Source: an uncultured Acidobacteriota bacterium (lineage in GTDB: Bacteria > Acidobacteriota > Thermoanaerobaculia > UBA5066). Taken from it: a stretch of 64,000 bases of DNA. Positions 37,243-47,026 of the stretch are shown here, in pieces; the stretch's first letter is position 1; each line of letters starts with the position of its first letter. A program made the position numbers and the translations under genes. Location of the stretch: positions 448,001 to 512,000 of the forward strand of contig CAVZYA010000001.1 in the NCBI GenBank assembly GCA_963779415.1, written 5' to 3'. The notes beneath the pieces were generated by a model. That model ran no database searches and was not told the DNA's origin. It was given only the letters and a program-made list of their open reading frames with translations.

Positions 37243-38360
37243 ACCATCGCCCCCCGCGTGATCTCGCTTCGCTTCTTCTTCCAGAACGCCACGAGCTTCT
37301 GGACGTATTGCTCGAAGTCGGGACAGGCCACGCCGAAGCGGGAGAGGTCGTGCGTCGCCTGCGAGGCGTCGTAGTGGACGGGGTGATCGAAGTAGTCGAG
37401 CGTCTGCGCCGGCATCCCGAGGAGGTGGGAGACCTGGGGCAACGAGAAGACGAGCCGCCCGATCGGGAGCGGGACCGGGAGGAAGACGAACGATTTTCCG
37501 ATCGACTTCGCGAGGATCTCCGCCACTGCGAGGGCCGACTTCGGCTTCGGGTCCGTCAGGTGGTAGGTCTTTCGCTTCGCGCCGTCCCACGAGGAGAGCC
37601 GCGCGATGGCCTCGAGGACGAAGTCAACCGGAACGAGATTGACCTCGGCCGACCCATCGCCGATCCGGAGGAAGAGCCCGGGCGACGGAAGGAGGTCCAT
37701 GGCGTTCAGGGCGAAGTAGGGACCGTCGAACTTCGCGGTCACACCCGTGGCGGAATCGCCGACGACGATCCCCGGCCGGTAGATCGTGGCGGGGATTCCG
37801 CTCTCGGCCACGGCGACCTCGGCCAGGAACTTCGTCTCCTCGTAGAAGTTCTTGAACGACTGCCCGACGTCGAGATCGCTCTCGTGGTACGTGCCGACGG
37901 CCGTGCCCGAAACATAGGCCGTCGAGACGTAGTCGAGCCGCTTCAGGTGCGGCGCGTCGGCGAGGAACTCGAGGACGTTCCGCGTCCCTTCGACGTTGAT
38001 CCGGAGGGCCACGTCGCGCGCGACGGCGAGGTCGTAGACGGCGGCGAGATGGAAGCAGCCGACGAGGACCTTCCGGAGACGGTTCGCGTCGCGCTCGCCG
38101 AGGCCGAGCCCGGGCGAGGTGATGTCCCCCACCACGAGACCGATCCGCCCCTTCGTGCCGGGGTGGGCTTTCTCCATCGCGGTGACCGCCTCGCGGGCGG
38201 CGCCGAGGAATTTTTCCTGGACGAGGCAGGCGAGACGAATGCCGGGCCGAAGCTCGAGGAGGCGGGGGATGAGGCGGGCTCCGATGAAGCCGGGAAAGCC
38301 CGTGAAGAGGACGGTTCCGGCCTTCTCGGAGGGGGCGGGGCGGGTGTGTCTGGTGGCCAT
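37239..38360 (-). CDS. Extended SDR oxidoreductase (thioester-reductase/male-sterility domain)
   Basis: TGFPGFIG, HLAAVYDL, NVEGT, VSTAYVSG, YEETK, RPGIVVGDS. Confidence 0.88.
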   Translation of the reverse strand: MATRHTRPAPSEKAGTVLFTGFPGFIGARLIPRLLELRPGIRLACLVQEKFLGAAREAVTAMEKAHPGTKGRIGLVVGDITSPGLGLGERDANRLRKVLVGCFHLAAVYDLAVARDVALRINVEGTRNVLEFLADAPHLKRLDYVSTAYVSGTAVGTYHESDLDVGQSFKNFYEETKFLAEVAVAESGIPATIYRPGIVVGDSATGVTAKFDGPYFALNAMDLLPSPGLFLRIGDGSAEVNLVPVDFVLEAIARLSSWDGAKRKTYHLTDPKPKSALAVAEILAKSIGKSFVFLPVPLPIGRLVFSLPQVSHLLGMPAQTLDYFDHPVHYDASQATHDLSRFGVACPDFEQYVQKLVAFWKKKRSEITRGAMV

Positions 38361-38397
38361 ATTTCCAGTCTACTCGCGGCCCGCTCCGCCGGCGTCG

Positions 38398-39186
38398 CTA
38401 CAACATCGTGCCGAGCGCCGGGTCGGAGAGGAGCCGCCGGTTGAAGTCGCGGATCCGCTCGTCCATCGCCGCCGGGACGACGCACGGCGCGCCGTCGAGG
38501 GCGATGAGCGGAACCGCGAGCGTGAGCGAGCCGCAGAGAAGCGAGCCGGCGCGAAGCGTCTCCGGCGTCAGCGGCACCGTCGCGTCCCCCTCCGAGAGGA
38601 ACGCGGCCGCCGTGACGCTCGGCAGGAACCCGGAGAGGGCCCGGAGGGGGCGCCCGCCGTTCCACGCGATCAGCGACGTCGCCGTCCCTTCCAGACAGCT
38701 CCCGTCGGGCGCCGTGAAGAGCCCTTCGTCGGCGCCGTCTTTCCGCGCCATCCGGAGCCCGATGATTGCCGCGAAGTAGCTCGTGGATTTCACCTCCGGC
38801 GTGTCGCGCCGTAGCCACGAAGGGAGCGTCCTCACCCGGCAACCGGTCCGCCGCGCCCGCGTCGACTCGGGGATGGGGCGCATCGAGACGTCGAGCCGCC
38901 ACGAAGCAGGTTCCTCGAGATCGGAGCCGACCGCGATCCACGCGAGGCGCAGCGCCCGCTCCTCCCCCGCCGCCAGCGACGCTTCGCTCAAGGCGGCGCG
39001 CGCCGCCCCCTCCACCTTCTCCCGGCCCGGCCCGGGGAACGAGAAGCGCCGGACGGTCGTCTCGAGGCGCGAGAGGTGCGGCTCCCAGAGGGCGGCGCGC
39101 CGCCCCGCGACGAGGACGGTCTCGAAGAACCCGACGCCCCGCTCGACGATCGGGGCGTCGAAGGGAACGTCAGCCGGTCGGCCCAT
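38398..39186 (-). CDS. Aminotransferase class IV (aminodeoxychorismate lyase PabC-like)
   Basis: GVGFFET, HLSRL, KSTSY (PLP lysine), EGT..S, LPSVT; coupled to the pabB-like gene. Confidence 0.8.
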   Translation of the reverse strand: MGRPADVPFDAPIVERGVGFFETVLVAGRRAALWEPHLSRLETTVRRFSFPGPGREKVEGAARAALSEASLAAGEERALRLAWIAVGSDLEEPASWRLDVSMRPIPESTRARRTGCRVRTLPSWLRRDTPEVKSTSYFAAIIGLRMARKDGADEGLFTAPDGSCLEGTATSLIAWNGGRPLRALSGFLPSVTAAAFLSEGDATVPLTPETLRAGSLLCGSLTLAVPLIALDGAPCVVPAAMDERIRDFNRRLLSDPALGTML

Positions 39187-40379
39187 CAGGTCGATTCTCC
39201 TCCTGATCCGGGGCTGCGGCTCGAGAGAAGGGCAAGGAACTCCCGGGACTTCGTCTCGGCCTCGGCAGACTCGGCCGCCGGATCGGAGTCCCAGACGATT
39301 CCGCCACCGGCGTGGTAGTCGACGAGTCCGCCGTGGAGGATGGCCGTGCGGATCGCGACGTTGAAGACGGCGCGCCCGTCACCGCGGACGAAGCCCGCCG
39401 CTCCGGTGTAGGCGCCACGCGGACAAGGTTCGATCTCGCGGATGAAGCGGAGGGCCGCGCTCTTCGGCGCACCCGTGATGGATCCCCCCGGGAGTGTGGC
39501 GCGAAAGAGGTCGGACGGAGCCACGCCGGGCGCGAGGCGTGCCACCACGGTCGATTCGAGGTGATGAAGGTGCCGGAACGTCTTCACCTCCCGGAAGCGC
39601 GGGACGGAGATGCCTCCGGGCACCGCCGTCCGGCCGAGGTCGTTCCGGATCAGATCGACGATCATCACGTGCTCCGCCGCGTCCTTGGCCGAGGCGATCA
39701 GATGCCCTTTCGCGTTCTCGTCGCCCGCTGACGTCTCTCCCCGGGCAATAGTCCCTTTGATCGGCGCGCTCGAGGCCCTGCCCCTCGCGAGATCCGCGTC
39801 CAGAAAGAGCTCGGGCGAATTGGAGACGACGGCCCAGTTCGTCGCCGCGACGGTGATCGCATACGGAACGGGGTTGCCGGCGAAGAGGGCCCGGGCCAGC
39901 GCAAACGGATCCGCGACGGCGCGCAGACGCGTCCGACGCGTGAGGTTCACCTGGTAGACGTCGCCTCGCGCGATGCCGGCGCGGATCGTCTCGACGCCTC
40001 GCGCCCACTCGAGGGGAGAAATCGACGCCTTCGGCGTCGACGATTCCTCGAAGGGGAATCGGGCTCCGGGAACCGCGGGCGCGCCTCTTGCGGCGTCCCG
40101 CATCCTGTAGACGCCGAAGGCGGCCAGCGGAGTTCCCTCGGGAAATCGGAACAGCGATGTGGAGCCTTCCAGCCAAACGCCGGCCTCGTAAGTGATGAAG
40201 CCGGCCGCAAGAAGATCAGCATCTCCGGACGCCGCAACCTCATCCAGCGACGAGAGGACGCCGCCAAGCTCCTCCGGCGTCTCGGCGAGCAGGCATCTTT
40301 CTTCATTCTCGAAGAAAATCGGGGTTGCGCCTGTTTCAAATGCCCAACCACGGCCAGTGAAGAGAGTCTTGAGCCCCAT
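39186..40379 (-). CDS. pabB: Chorismate-binding enzyme (aminodeoxychorismate synthase component I-like)
   Basis: GDVYQVNL, SNSPELFL, PIKGT (PabB-type), AEHVMIVDLIRNDL, PGGSITGAPK, NVAIRT. Confidence 0.82.
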   Translation of the reverse strand: MGLKTLFTGRGWAFETGATPIFFENEERCLLAETPEELGGVLSSLDEVAASGDADLLAAGFITYEAGVWLEGSTSLFRFPEGTPLAAFGVYRMRDAARGAPAVPGARFPFEESSTPKASISPLEWARGVETIRAGIARGDVYQVNLTRRTRLRAVADPFALARALFAGNPVPYAITVAATNWAVVSNSPELFLDADLARGRASSAPIKGTIARGETSAGDENAKGHLIASAKDAAEHVMIVDLIRNDLGRTAVPGGISVPRFREVKTFRHLHHLESTVVARLAPGVAPSDLFRATLPGGSITGAPKSAALRFIREIEPCPRGAYTGAAGFVRGDGRAVFNVAIRTAILHGGLVDYHAGGGIVWDSDPAAESAEAETKSREFLALLSSRSPGSGGEST

Positions 40380-40408
40380 CGTCGGCTAGTCTAGGCGCCG
40401 GAGGATCG

Positions 40409-40828
40409 ATGAAGCCGACAGGCCCGGTCGTCGAGTCGAAGGTGCGGGTCCGCTATGCGGAGACCGACGCGCAGCGGATCGTCTATCACGCGAACTACCT
40501 CGTCTGGTTCGAGGTGGGGCGAACGGACTACTGCGAGGCCGCCGGGTATCCGTATGCCCGGATGGAGTCCGAGGGGGTCCTCATCGCCGTCGTGGAAGCC
40601 CATGCCCGCTTCCGGCGCGGCGCGCGCTACGGAGAAGTCGTCTCCGTCCGGACCCGGTTCGCCGGGCTGAAGAGCCGTGGCTGCGCTTTCGTCTACGAGG
40701 TGGTTCTTCCGGACGGCACCCTCTCGGCCGAGGGGGAGACCCACCACATCTTCCTGGATCCTGCCGGTCGTCCGATGAGGGTGCCGCCCGCCATCGCCGG
40801 GGCCTTCCGCGCGTATGCCGGGGCGTAG
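40409..40828 (+). CDS. Acyl-CoA thioesterase (YbgC/4HBT family)
   Basis: RVRYAETDAQRIVYHANYLVWFEVGR; GGAGG Shine-Dalgarno. Confidence 0.92.
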   Translation: MKPTGPVVESKVRVRYAETDAQRIVYHANYLVWFEVGRTDYCEAAGYPYARMESEGVLIAVVEAHARFRRGARYGEVVSVRTRFAGLKSRGCAFVYEVVLPDGTLSAEGETHHIFLDPAGRPMRVPPAIAGAFRAYAGA

Positions 40829-40834
40829 GAGCCG

Positions 40835-41323
40835 TCAGCCTCGCTGTGGCAGCTTCTTCAGAAGCGCGCGGTGGACGAGCGGAGGGACGAGACCCGAGAC
40901 GTCGCCTCCCAGCTCGTGGACCTGCTTGACGAGGCGGCTCGAGAGAAAGGAAAGCTCTTCCTTGGGCGTCAGGAAGATCGTCTCGACCTCCGGATCGAGG
41001 CGCCGGTTCATCAGCGCCATCTGGAACTCGTACTCGAAGTCCGACATCACCCGGAGGCCGCGGACGACGACGTGCGCCCCCTCCTTCCGGACGAAGTCGA
41101 CGAGGAGGCCCGAGAACGCCTTCACGACGACCTTCGGCTCGCGCCGGAAGATCGCCCGGATCATCCGGATCCGCTCCGTCACGTCGAAGAGCGGTGCCTT
41201 CTCGACGTTCTGAAGCACGGCCACGAGAACGCGGTCGAAAATGCGGCAGCCGCGCAGGACGATGTCGACGTGTCCGTTCGTCATCGGATCGAATGACCCC
41301 GGATAGATGGCGATGCGTTTCAC
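40835..41323 (-). CDS. coaD: Phosphopantetheine adenylyltransferase
   Basis: IYPGSFDPMTNGH, VRGLR..SDFEYE, SSRLVK. Confidence 0.97.
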   Translation of the reverse strand: MKRIAIYPGSFDPMTNGHVDIVLRGCRIFDRVLVAVLQNVEKAPLFDVTERIRMIRAIFRREPKVVVKAFSGLLVDFVRKEGAHVVVRGLRVMSDFEYEFQMALMNRRLDPEVETIFLTPKEELSFLSSRLVKQVHELGGDVSGLVPPLVHRALLKKLPQRG

Positions 41324-42186
41324 GGTCCGGGCATTCTAGACCGCTCCGCGACGGCGTCTCCGAGCCGGCGGGCGGCGAGGATCAGGAGGACGAGGGCCAC
41401 CGCCGGGGGAATGGCGCACCAGGGAGCCGTCGTGACGAGGTCCCGGGCGTCGGCGATGGAACGCCCCCACGACGCCGCAGGCGGCGGCGTCCCGAGGCCG
41501 AGGAACGACAGTCCCGACTCCGTCAGGACGGCCGCCCCGAGGACGTAGGGAGCCGTGGCGATCGCCGGCGGAAGGGCATGCGGGAGGACGTGGCGGAAGA
41601 GGAGGCGTGGGACACCCGCTCCCGCCGCGCGGGCTGCCGCCACGAACGGGGCCGCGCGGAGCCGGCGCGCCTCGGCCCGGACGATTCGGGCCGAGTCGGT
41701 CCATCCCGTCAGACCGATCAGGACCGCCGCGAGAAGGAACGATGGCGGAAGGAACGCCGCCACGGCGGCGACGAGAACGAGCGCGGGAAGCGCCTGGATC
41801 ACCTCGATCCCGAAGAGGACGGTCCGTTCCGTCCGCCCTCCCGAAAACCCCGCGAGCGCACCGAGGAGCGACCCGACGACGAGGGCCACGCCCGAAGCGA
41901 CGACTCCCGCCCCCACGGAGACGCGCGCTCCGTGGAGAAGGCGGGAAAGGACGTCCCGCCCCAGATCGTCCGTTCCGAGCCAGTGGGTGAGCGACGGCGG
42001 GCGGAGCCGCCGGTCGAGATCGACCCCGTCGGGGTCCCATGGAACCGGGGCGGCGATCACGACCTCGCCGCGCGCGTTCTCCATCCACGGACGGGAGCGC
42101 GCGAGAACCGGAGCGAGAAGCGCCACGGCGCCGATCGCGAGAAGACCGGCCGCCGCGGCCGTCCGGCCGGGAAGGCGTTTCATCAC
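41320..42186 (-). CDS. Peptide ABC transporter permease (OppC/DppC-like)
   Basis: HWLGTDDLGRDVLSR, FVAAARAAGA loop, HVLP, ESGLSFLGLG, SWG. Confidence 0.92.
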   Translation of the reverse strand: MMKRLPGRTAAAAGLLAIGAVALLAPVLARSRPWMENARGEVVIAAPVPWDPDGVDLDRRLRPPSLTHWLGTDDLGRDVLSRLLHGARVSVGAGVVASGVALVVGSLLGALAGFSGGRTERTVLFGIEVIQALPALVLVAAVAAFLPPSFLLAAVLIGLTGWTDSARIVRAEARRLRAAPFVAAARAAGAGVPRLLFRHVLPHALPPAIATAPYVLGAAVLTESGLSFLGLGTPPPAASWGRSIADARDLVTTAPWCAIPPAVALVLLILAARRLGDAVAERSRMPGP

Positions 42187-43151
42187 GCTTCTCCGCCCTC
42201 CCGCCCCCGCTCCGCGAGCGCGTCGCCGAGGCGCGGGTCGAGCCATGCCGAGACGACGTCCGCCGCCGTGCTCGCCGTGACGACGGCGAGGCCGGAGAGG
42301 AGCGAGGCCCCGAGGACGACGGGGACGTCGCGTGCGAAGACGCCGTCGGCGAGGAGCCGTCCGGCCCCGGGCCACGCGAAGAGCCTCTCCACGAGGACGG
42401 AGCCGGCGATGAGGGAAGGAACGAGGATCGCGGCGAGCGCCGAGAAGGCTCCCGCGGAGCGGCGCAGCGCGCGAAGGACGGCTCCGGTCTCCCCTTCGCC
42501 CCGGGCGCGCGCCGCGAGGGCTGCCGGGTCTTCCAGCGCCTGCCGGACGCAGGTCCGGACGAAACGCGAGAGAAGGCCGAGCGCCCCGAGCCCCATCGTC
42601 GCGACCGGAAGGACGATTCCCCGAAGGCCCTCCTCCGGGTCGGAGAAGAACGGCGTCCACTTCAGCTTCCCCGAAAAGACGAAAAGGAGGAGAAGGCCGA
42701 GGGCGAACGGGGGCGCGGCGAAGAGGACGTCGAAGAGGGCGCCGCTCGTCCGGTCGAAACCCCCTTCCGGTCTCCGCGCGGCCGCGACGCCCGCCGGAAC
42801 GGCGATGAGAAGAGCGGCCAGAAGGGCGCAGCCGTTCAGGAGAAGCGTAGCGGGGAGCGTCTCGGCGAGCCGGTCGCGCACCTCGCGCCCGTCCTGGAAC
42901 GACCGGCCGAGGTCGAGGCGGACCGCGTGGACGCACCACGAAAGGTACCGGACGGGGAGCGGCTGGTCGAGACCGTGAAGCTTCCGGAAAGCCTCGACCG
43001 CTTCCGGCGCGACCGGCCTCGTTCCCCCGCTCCGGGCCGCGACGAGGGCCGGATCTCCCGGAGCCGCGGCGAGAAGAAAGAAAACGAGCGTCAGGACGCC
43101 GGCCAGTGTCGCGAGCGCCGAAAGGAGACGCCGCAACGCGAAGGCGAGCAT
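42183..43151 (-). CDS. Peptide ABC transporter permease (OppB/DppB-like)
   Basis: PGDPA, GLDQPL..RY, DLGRS, LPATL, GSVLVERLFAWPG. Confidence 0.92.
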   Translation of the reverse strand: MLAFALRRLLSALATLAGVLTLVFFLLAAAPGDPALVAARSGGTRPVAPEAVEAFRKLHGLDQPLPVRYLSWCVHAVRLDLGRSFQDGREVRDRLAETLPATLLLNGCALLAALLIAVPAGVAAARRPEGGFDRTSGALFDVLFAAPPFALGLLLLFVFSGKLKWTPFFSDPEEGLRGIVLPVATMGLGALGLLSRFVRTCVRQALEDPAALAARARGEGETGAVLRALRRSAGAFSALAAILVPSLIAGSVLVERLFAWPGAGRLLADGVFARDVPVVLGASLLSGLAVVTASTAADVVSAWLDPRLGDALAERGREGGEA

Positions 43152-43170
43152 GCGGGAATGTTACGCGGCG

Positions 43171-44754
43171 TCAGAGAGGGGCCAGACCCGGACCGACCTT
43201 CCAGGCCGAGGCTCCGGGCCAGAAGAGGAAGAGGCCGAGCGGCGAGGTCCGGACGTTCTCGAGCCGCTTCGAGACGCCCCACCGGGATTTGACGTTGTGG
43301 AGGAAGGTGACCGGCTCGTCCTCGTGGAGGATCCGGAGGAGCTGGCCATAGAGCTTCCGGGCCTCCTCGCGGTCGAAGGTGGTCCGGAGCCGGTCCATCA
43401 GCGCGTCCGCCTCCGGGTTCGAGTAGCCGACCGTGTTCCATCCTTTCGGAGCCCTCTGGCTGGAATGCCAGTAGACGGCGAGATCGGGGTTCGGATCGAG
43501 GCTGTACGCGAGGATCGCCGCTTCGAAGTCCCCTTCGTCCACCTTCGCGCCGAAAGACGCCCACTCCATCGGCCGGACGGTCATTTCGATCCCCGCCTTC
43601 CGGTAGGACTGCTGGACGATTTCCACGATCTGACGCTGAAGCTCGCTCCCCGTCCCGAGGAGAAGCGTGAAGGCGAAGGGCCGGCCTCCCCGCCGGCGGA
43701 CGCCGTCGGGCCCCTTGGGGAACCCGGCCTCGTCGAGAAGCGCCTCGGCCTTGCTCGGGTCGTACGGCCACGGCGCGATCGAGGGGTCGTAGGGCCAGAG
43801 ACCGGGGGGAATCGGCCCGGAGGCGGGAACCGCGAGGCCTCCGTAGAGAGTCCGCGCGATCGTCGCGCGGTCGATGAGCATCGTCAGCGCCCGGCGGACC
43901 TTCGGGGAGGCGAAAAGCGGGTTGTCGTTCTTCCAGGCCAGATACGTGTAGCCGAGTTCGTCGAAGACGAGCGACCGTGCGGCGGCCGCGGGGTCGCCGT
44001 CGAGGCGCGTCTTCTGCTCGTAGCTCACGCGCATCTCGTGCAGCTCGCCGGAGAGAAGGGCCTGGAAGGCCGACGCGTTCTCCGGGACGACCCGGAAGAA
44101 GACGCGCCCCGGCCCGGGGCGCTCACCGGCGTACTGCGTGTTCCGGACCAGCTCGATCGTCCGGCCCGTTTCCCACCGCGCGATCCGGTAAGGGCCGTTC
44201 GCGAGCGGATTCCGGTTTCGCGGGTTCGTGTTGACGTCCTTCCCGGCATAGTCGGCCGCGGGAAGGAGCGGGAGATTGAAGGCCCCGAGCCGCTCGGCAT
44301 ACGGCTCGCGGAAGACGACGCGCGCCGTTCGGGGGCCGACGACGTCCACGCGCTCGAAGCCGTCCCAGTAGCTCTTCCGCGACAGGGCGGGCGTCTTCGG
44401 GTCGACGAGGATCCGGATCGTGGTCGCCACATCCTCGGCCGTCACCGGGCTCCCGTCCTCCCAGCGCAGCCCCGGGTGAAGCGTCACCGTGAAGGTCCGG
44501 TAGTCCGCCGACGCCGTCACGGACTCCGCGAGCCCGGGGACGAGCTTCAGCGTCTCGTCGTACTCGAGGAGGTTCCTGAGGACGAGCGAGAGGACGATGT
44601 TCTCCGGGTCGGTCGTGGCGAGGATCGGGTTCAGCGTCCTCGGCTCGCCTTCCAGGCGCCGCTGGACGACGCTCTCGGGGTGCTTCCCCGCCGGACCGCA
44701 CGCCGTGAGGAGGAAGGCGAACGCCAAAGCGGCGAGGGCGCGGCGCGCGATCAC
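43171..44754 (-). CDS. Peptide ABC transporter substrate-binding lipoprotein (family 5)
   Basis: Lipobox LTAC, TLNP, PGLAES, WEDGSPVTAEDV, NGPY, VRRAL..IDR. GTG 44754 overlaps the upstream stop. Confidence 0.93.
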   Translation of the reverse strand: MIARRALAALAFAFLLTACGPAGKHPESVVQRRLEGEPRTLNPILATTDPENIVLSLVLRNLLEYDETLKLVPGLAESVTASADYRTFTVTLHPGLRWEDGSPVTAEDVATTIRILVDPKTPALSRKSYWDGFERVDVVGPRTARVVFREPYAERLGAFNLPLLPAADYAGKDVNTNPRNRNPLANGPYRIARWETGRTIELVRNTQYAGERPGPGRVFFRVVPENASAFQALLSGELHEMRVSYEQKTRLDGDPAAAARSLVFDELGYTYLAWKNDNPLFASPKVRRALTMLIDRATIARTLYGGLAVPASGPIPPGLWPYDPSIAPWPYDPSKAEALLDEAGFPKGPDGVRRRGGRPFAFTLLLGTGSELQRQIVEIVQQSYRKAGIEMTVRPMEWASFGAKVDEGDFEAAILAYSLDPNPDLAVYWHSSQRAPKGWNTVGYSNPEADALMDRLRTTFDREEARKLYGQLLRILHEDEPVTFLHNVKSRWGVSKRLENVRTSPLGLFLFWPGASAWKVGPGLAPL

Positions 44755-47026
44755 CGGAAGTCCTTCGGGTACTCGACGGACGCGGCCGCCCAGTTCCCCG
44801 CGGCGTCGAGAACGCGGATCGAGAGGACGGCGGCTCTTTCGGGCTTGGGAACCCGGAAGATGAATCGGGCGGACGTAGAGCCGCCGGCGCCGTCGTCCGA
44901 CGCGAGCGGCCGCCAGCGGTCGGCGTTTACCGCGCCTTCCCCCTTCACGACGGGAGAAAGAGCGTCGGTGGCGAGGAGGCGGATCTCCAGTCTCTCCGCC
45001 GACGACCTTCGCCGACTCCACTTTCATCGCGGGGGGCGTGTTGTCGATGACGACGATCGGCGTTTCCTCCGTCGCGGTGAGGGCTTCCGGCTCGGGGTTC
45101 GCGAGATGGTCGGACGCGGTGACCCGGAACCGGTATCTTCCGTCGGGGAGGGCGGTCGTGTCGAAGGAGCAGAACGGCTCCTCGACCTCCTTCCGGATCA
45201 GGAACCAGAGGTCCGTTCCCTCTCTTCTCGCATCGACGTCGTAGCGGAGCGGATCGCCGTTCGGGTCGATTCCCCGCCAGCTGATCGTCCGGAATCCCTT
45301 CCGGTAGAGGCGCCGCGCCCCGGGCTCCCCCCCGGCCGGTTCCCGAGAAGGCTCGAGCCCGGCGTAGATGCCGTTCTCGTCGGGATTCGTCACCGAGAGG
45401 ACGTTCGCCCCCGACGAGCCCGGCCTCGGGATGACGGCGCCGGGATCGAGGACCGTCACGTTCTCGAGGACGGGGCGGGCATTCCGCTCCGCATACGAGA
45501 AATCCACGCGCTCGACCGACAGGCGTCCCGCCTTTCGCGTTCCCGGTGAGAGTGGCCCTCCACTGGAAGAAGCGCGCCCCCGGCAGCTTCGCCGAGCCGT
45601 CGGACGCCACCGACGCCCACTCCGTCCAGGTGTCATCGGGCTTCTCGGAGTTGCCGGCGCGCACGTCGAAGGAGAGGCGGCAGCCTCCCGGCACGACTCC
45701 TTCGTACCGGAGGCGCCCGAAGGCCGAAAGGCGCGACGCATCCCGCACGGCGGAGGTGAAGGTTCCCGTCGGTGTTCCGGAGGCCGGGCAGGAAGACGCC
45801 GGGAGCGCCCATCGTGACGACGGCGAAGCCCGCTCCGGAGGGAGGCGCGTCCACGGCGAGCTTCTCCCCCGTCTGCGCCACGAGCCGAAGGCTCCGGTCC
45901 TTCAGGGCGTAGACGCGCCCGCGTGCGCCGGTCGCGACGAGGATGCCCCCGTCGCGGTCGGCCCGGATCGAATAGGCCGCTTCCTCGGGAAAGGTCCACT
46001 CGGGCTCGACGAAGCCGTCGGGAGAGATCGCGACGACCTCGCTGCTTCCTCCGCCGCCGGGCGCCGGAGTCGGCGAGACGCGCGCCGTCCGCGCGGAGAT
46101 CGAGACCGAGCCCCGTGGAGTCTCCTCGCCGGCGGCGGGTGATGGCGTCGGGGTCGGGGTCGGGACGGCCGGACGGGACGCGCGCAGATCCGGAAGCGCC
46201 GTCCGCGGCGCCCCGGCTTCGGCGCTCGCCGCAGCCGCGTGGATCTTCCCCGAGGCGTCCACGACGATTCCGACGACCTCCGGCTTCGAGAAATCGTAGA
46301 GGGTCCTCTTCTTCCCGTCCGGCGTCGCGGCGATCAGAAGGCCGCGATCGGAGGTTCCGGCGTAGACGGTGCCGTCCCGGCCCACGGTGAGGGAGCGGGC
46401 GTGCACGTCCTCCGTCTCGAGGAACATCTCGAGCTTTCCGGAAGGGGTCCGGCGCCAGATCCGTCCCTTGTTCCCGGTTCCCGCATAGAGCGTCCCGTCC
46501 GGTCCGAAAGCCAGCGACCAGATCGCCGCTTCCTGGGGCGAGCCCCAGTCGGTTCCCGCCGACGCCGGATCCTTCGCCCCCGGGTCGATCCGGTAGATCC
46601 TCCCGTTCGGCGACGTCGCGCAGACGACCGTTCCGTCGGACGCCACCGCCACGGCCGTGACGTTCGGCTCGGCGGCGCGGAAGACGACGCGAGATCTTTC
46701 CCCCGTTCCCGGTCGCGAAGAGCCGGCCGATGCCCCCTCCGGTCGCGACGTAGACCCGTCCCTGACGCGTCGGACGCCGCGCCGAAGACGACCGCGTCCG
46801 CGGCATCCTCCGGCCACTCCTTCGGACCGAGCGGAATTCCGAGCGTCAGCCGCCCGTCGGCCGTCACGGCCGTTCCTTTCGCGTCGCCGGCGAGGAAGTC
46901 ACGGGCCGACGCCGTCGACGCGATGCGGGGCGTCCCGGCCGAAAGGGGGAGAGCCACCAGGAGAGCGAGCACGAGAGACGACGCCTTCGACACGCAGAAT
47001 TCCTCCGGGCCGCGGCGCGACGTCAC
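44751..47026 (-). CDS. Secreted beta-propeller protein with C-terminal Ig/FN3-like domains, with about five +1 frameshifts
   Basis: Signal peptide; RDFLAG motif; repeats such as IWSLAFGPDGTLYAGTGNKGRIW and GTVYAGTSDRG; DPNGDPLRY, LPDGRYRFRVTASD, IDNTPP. Frame changes at ~46765, 46695, 45788, 45525 and 44990. Confidence 0.75.
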
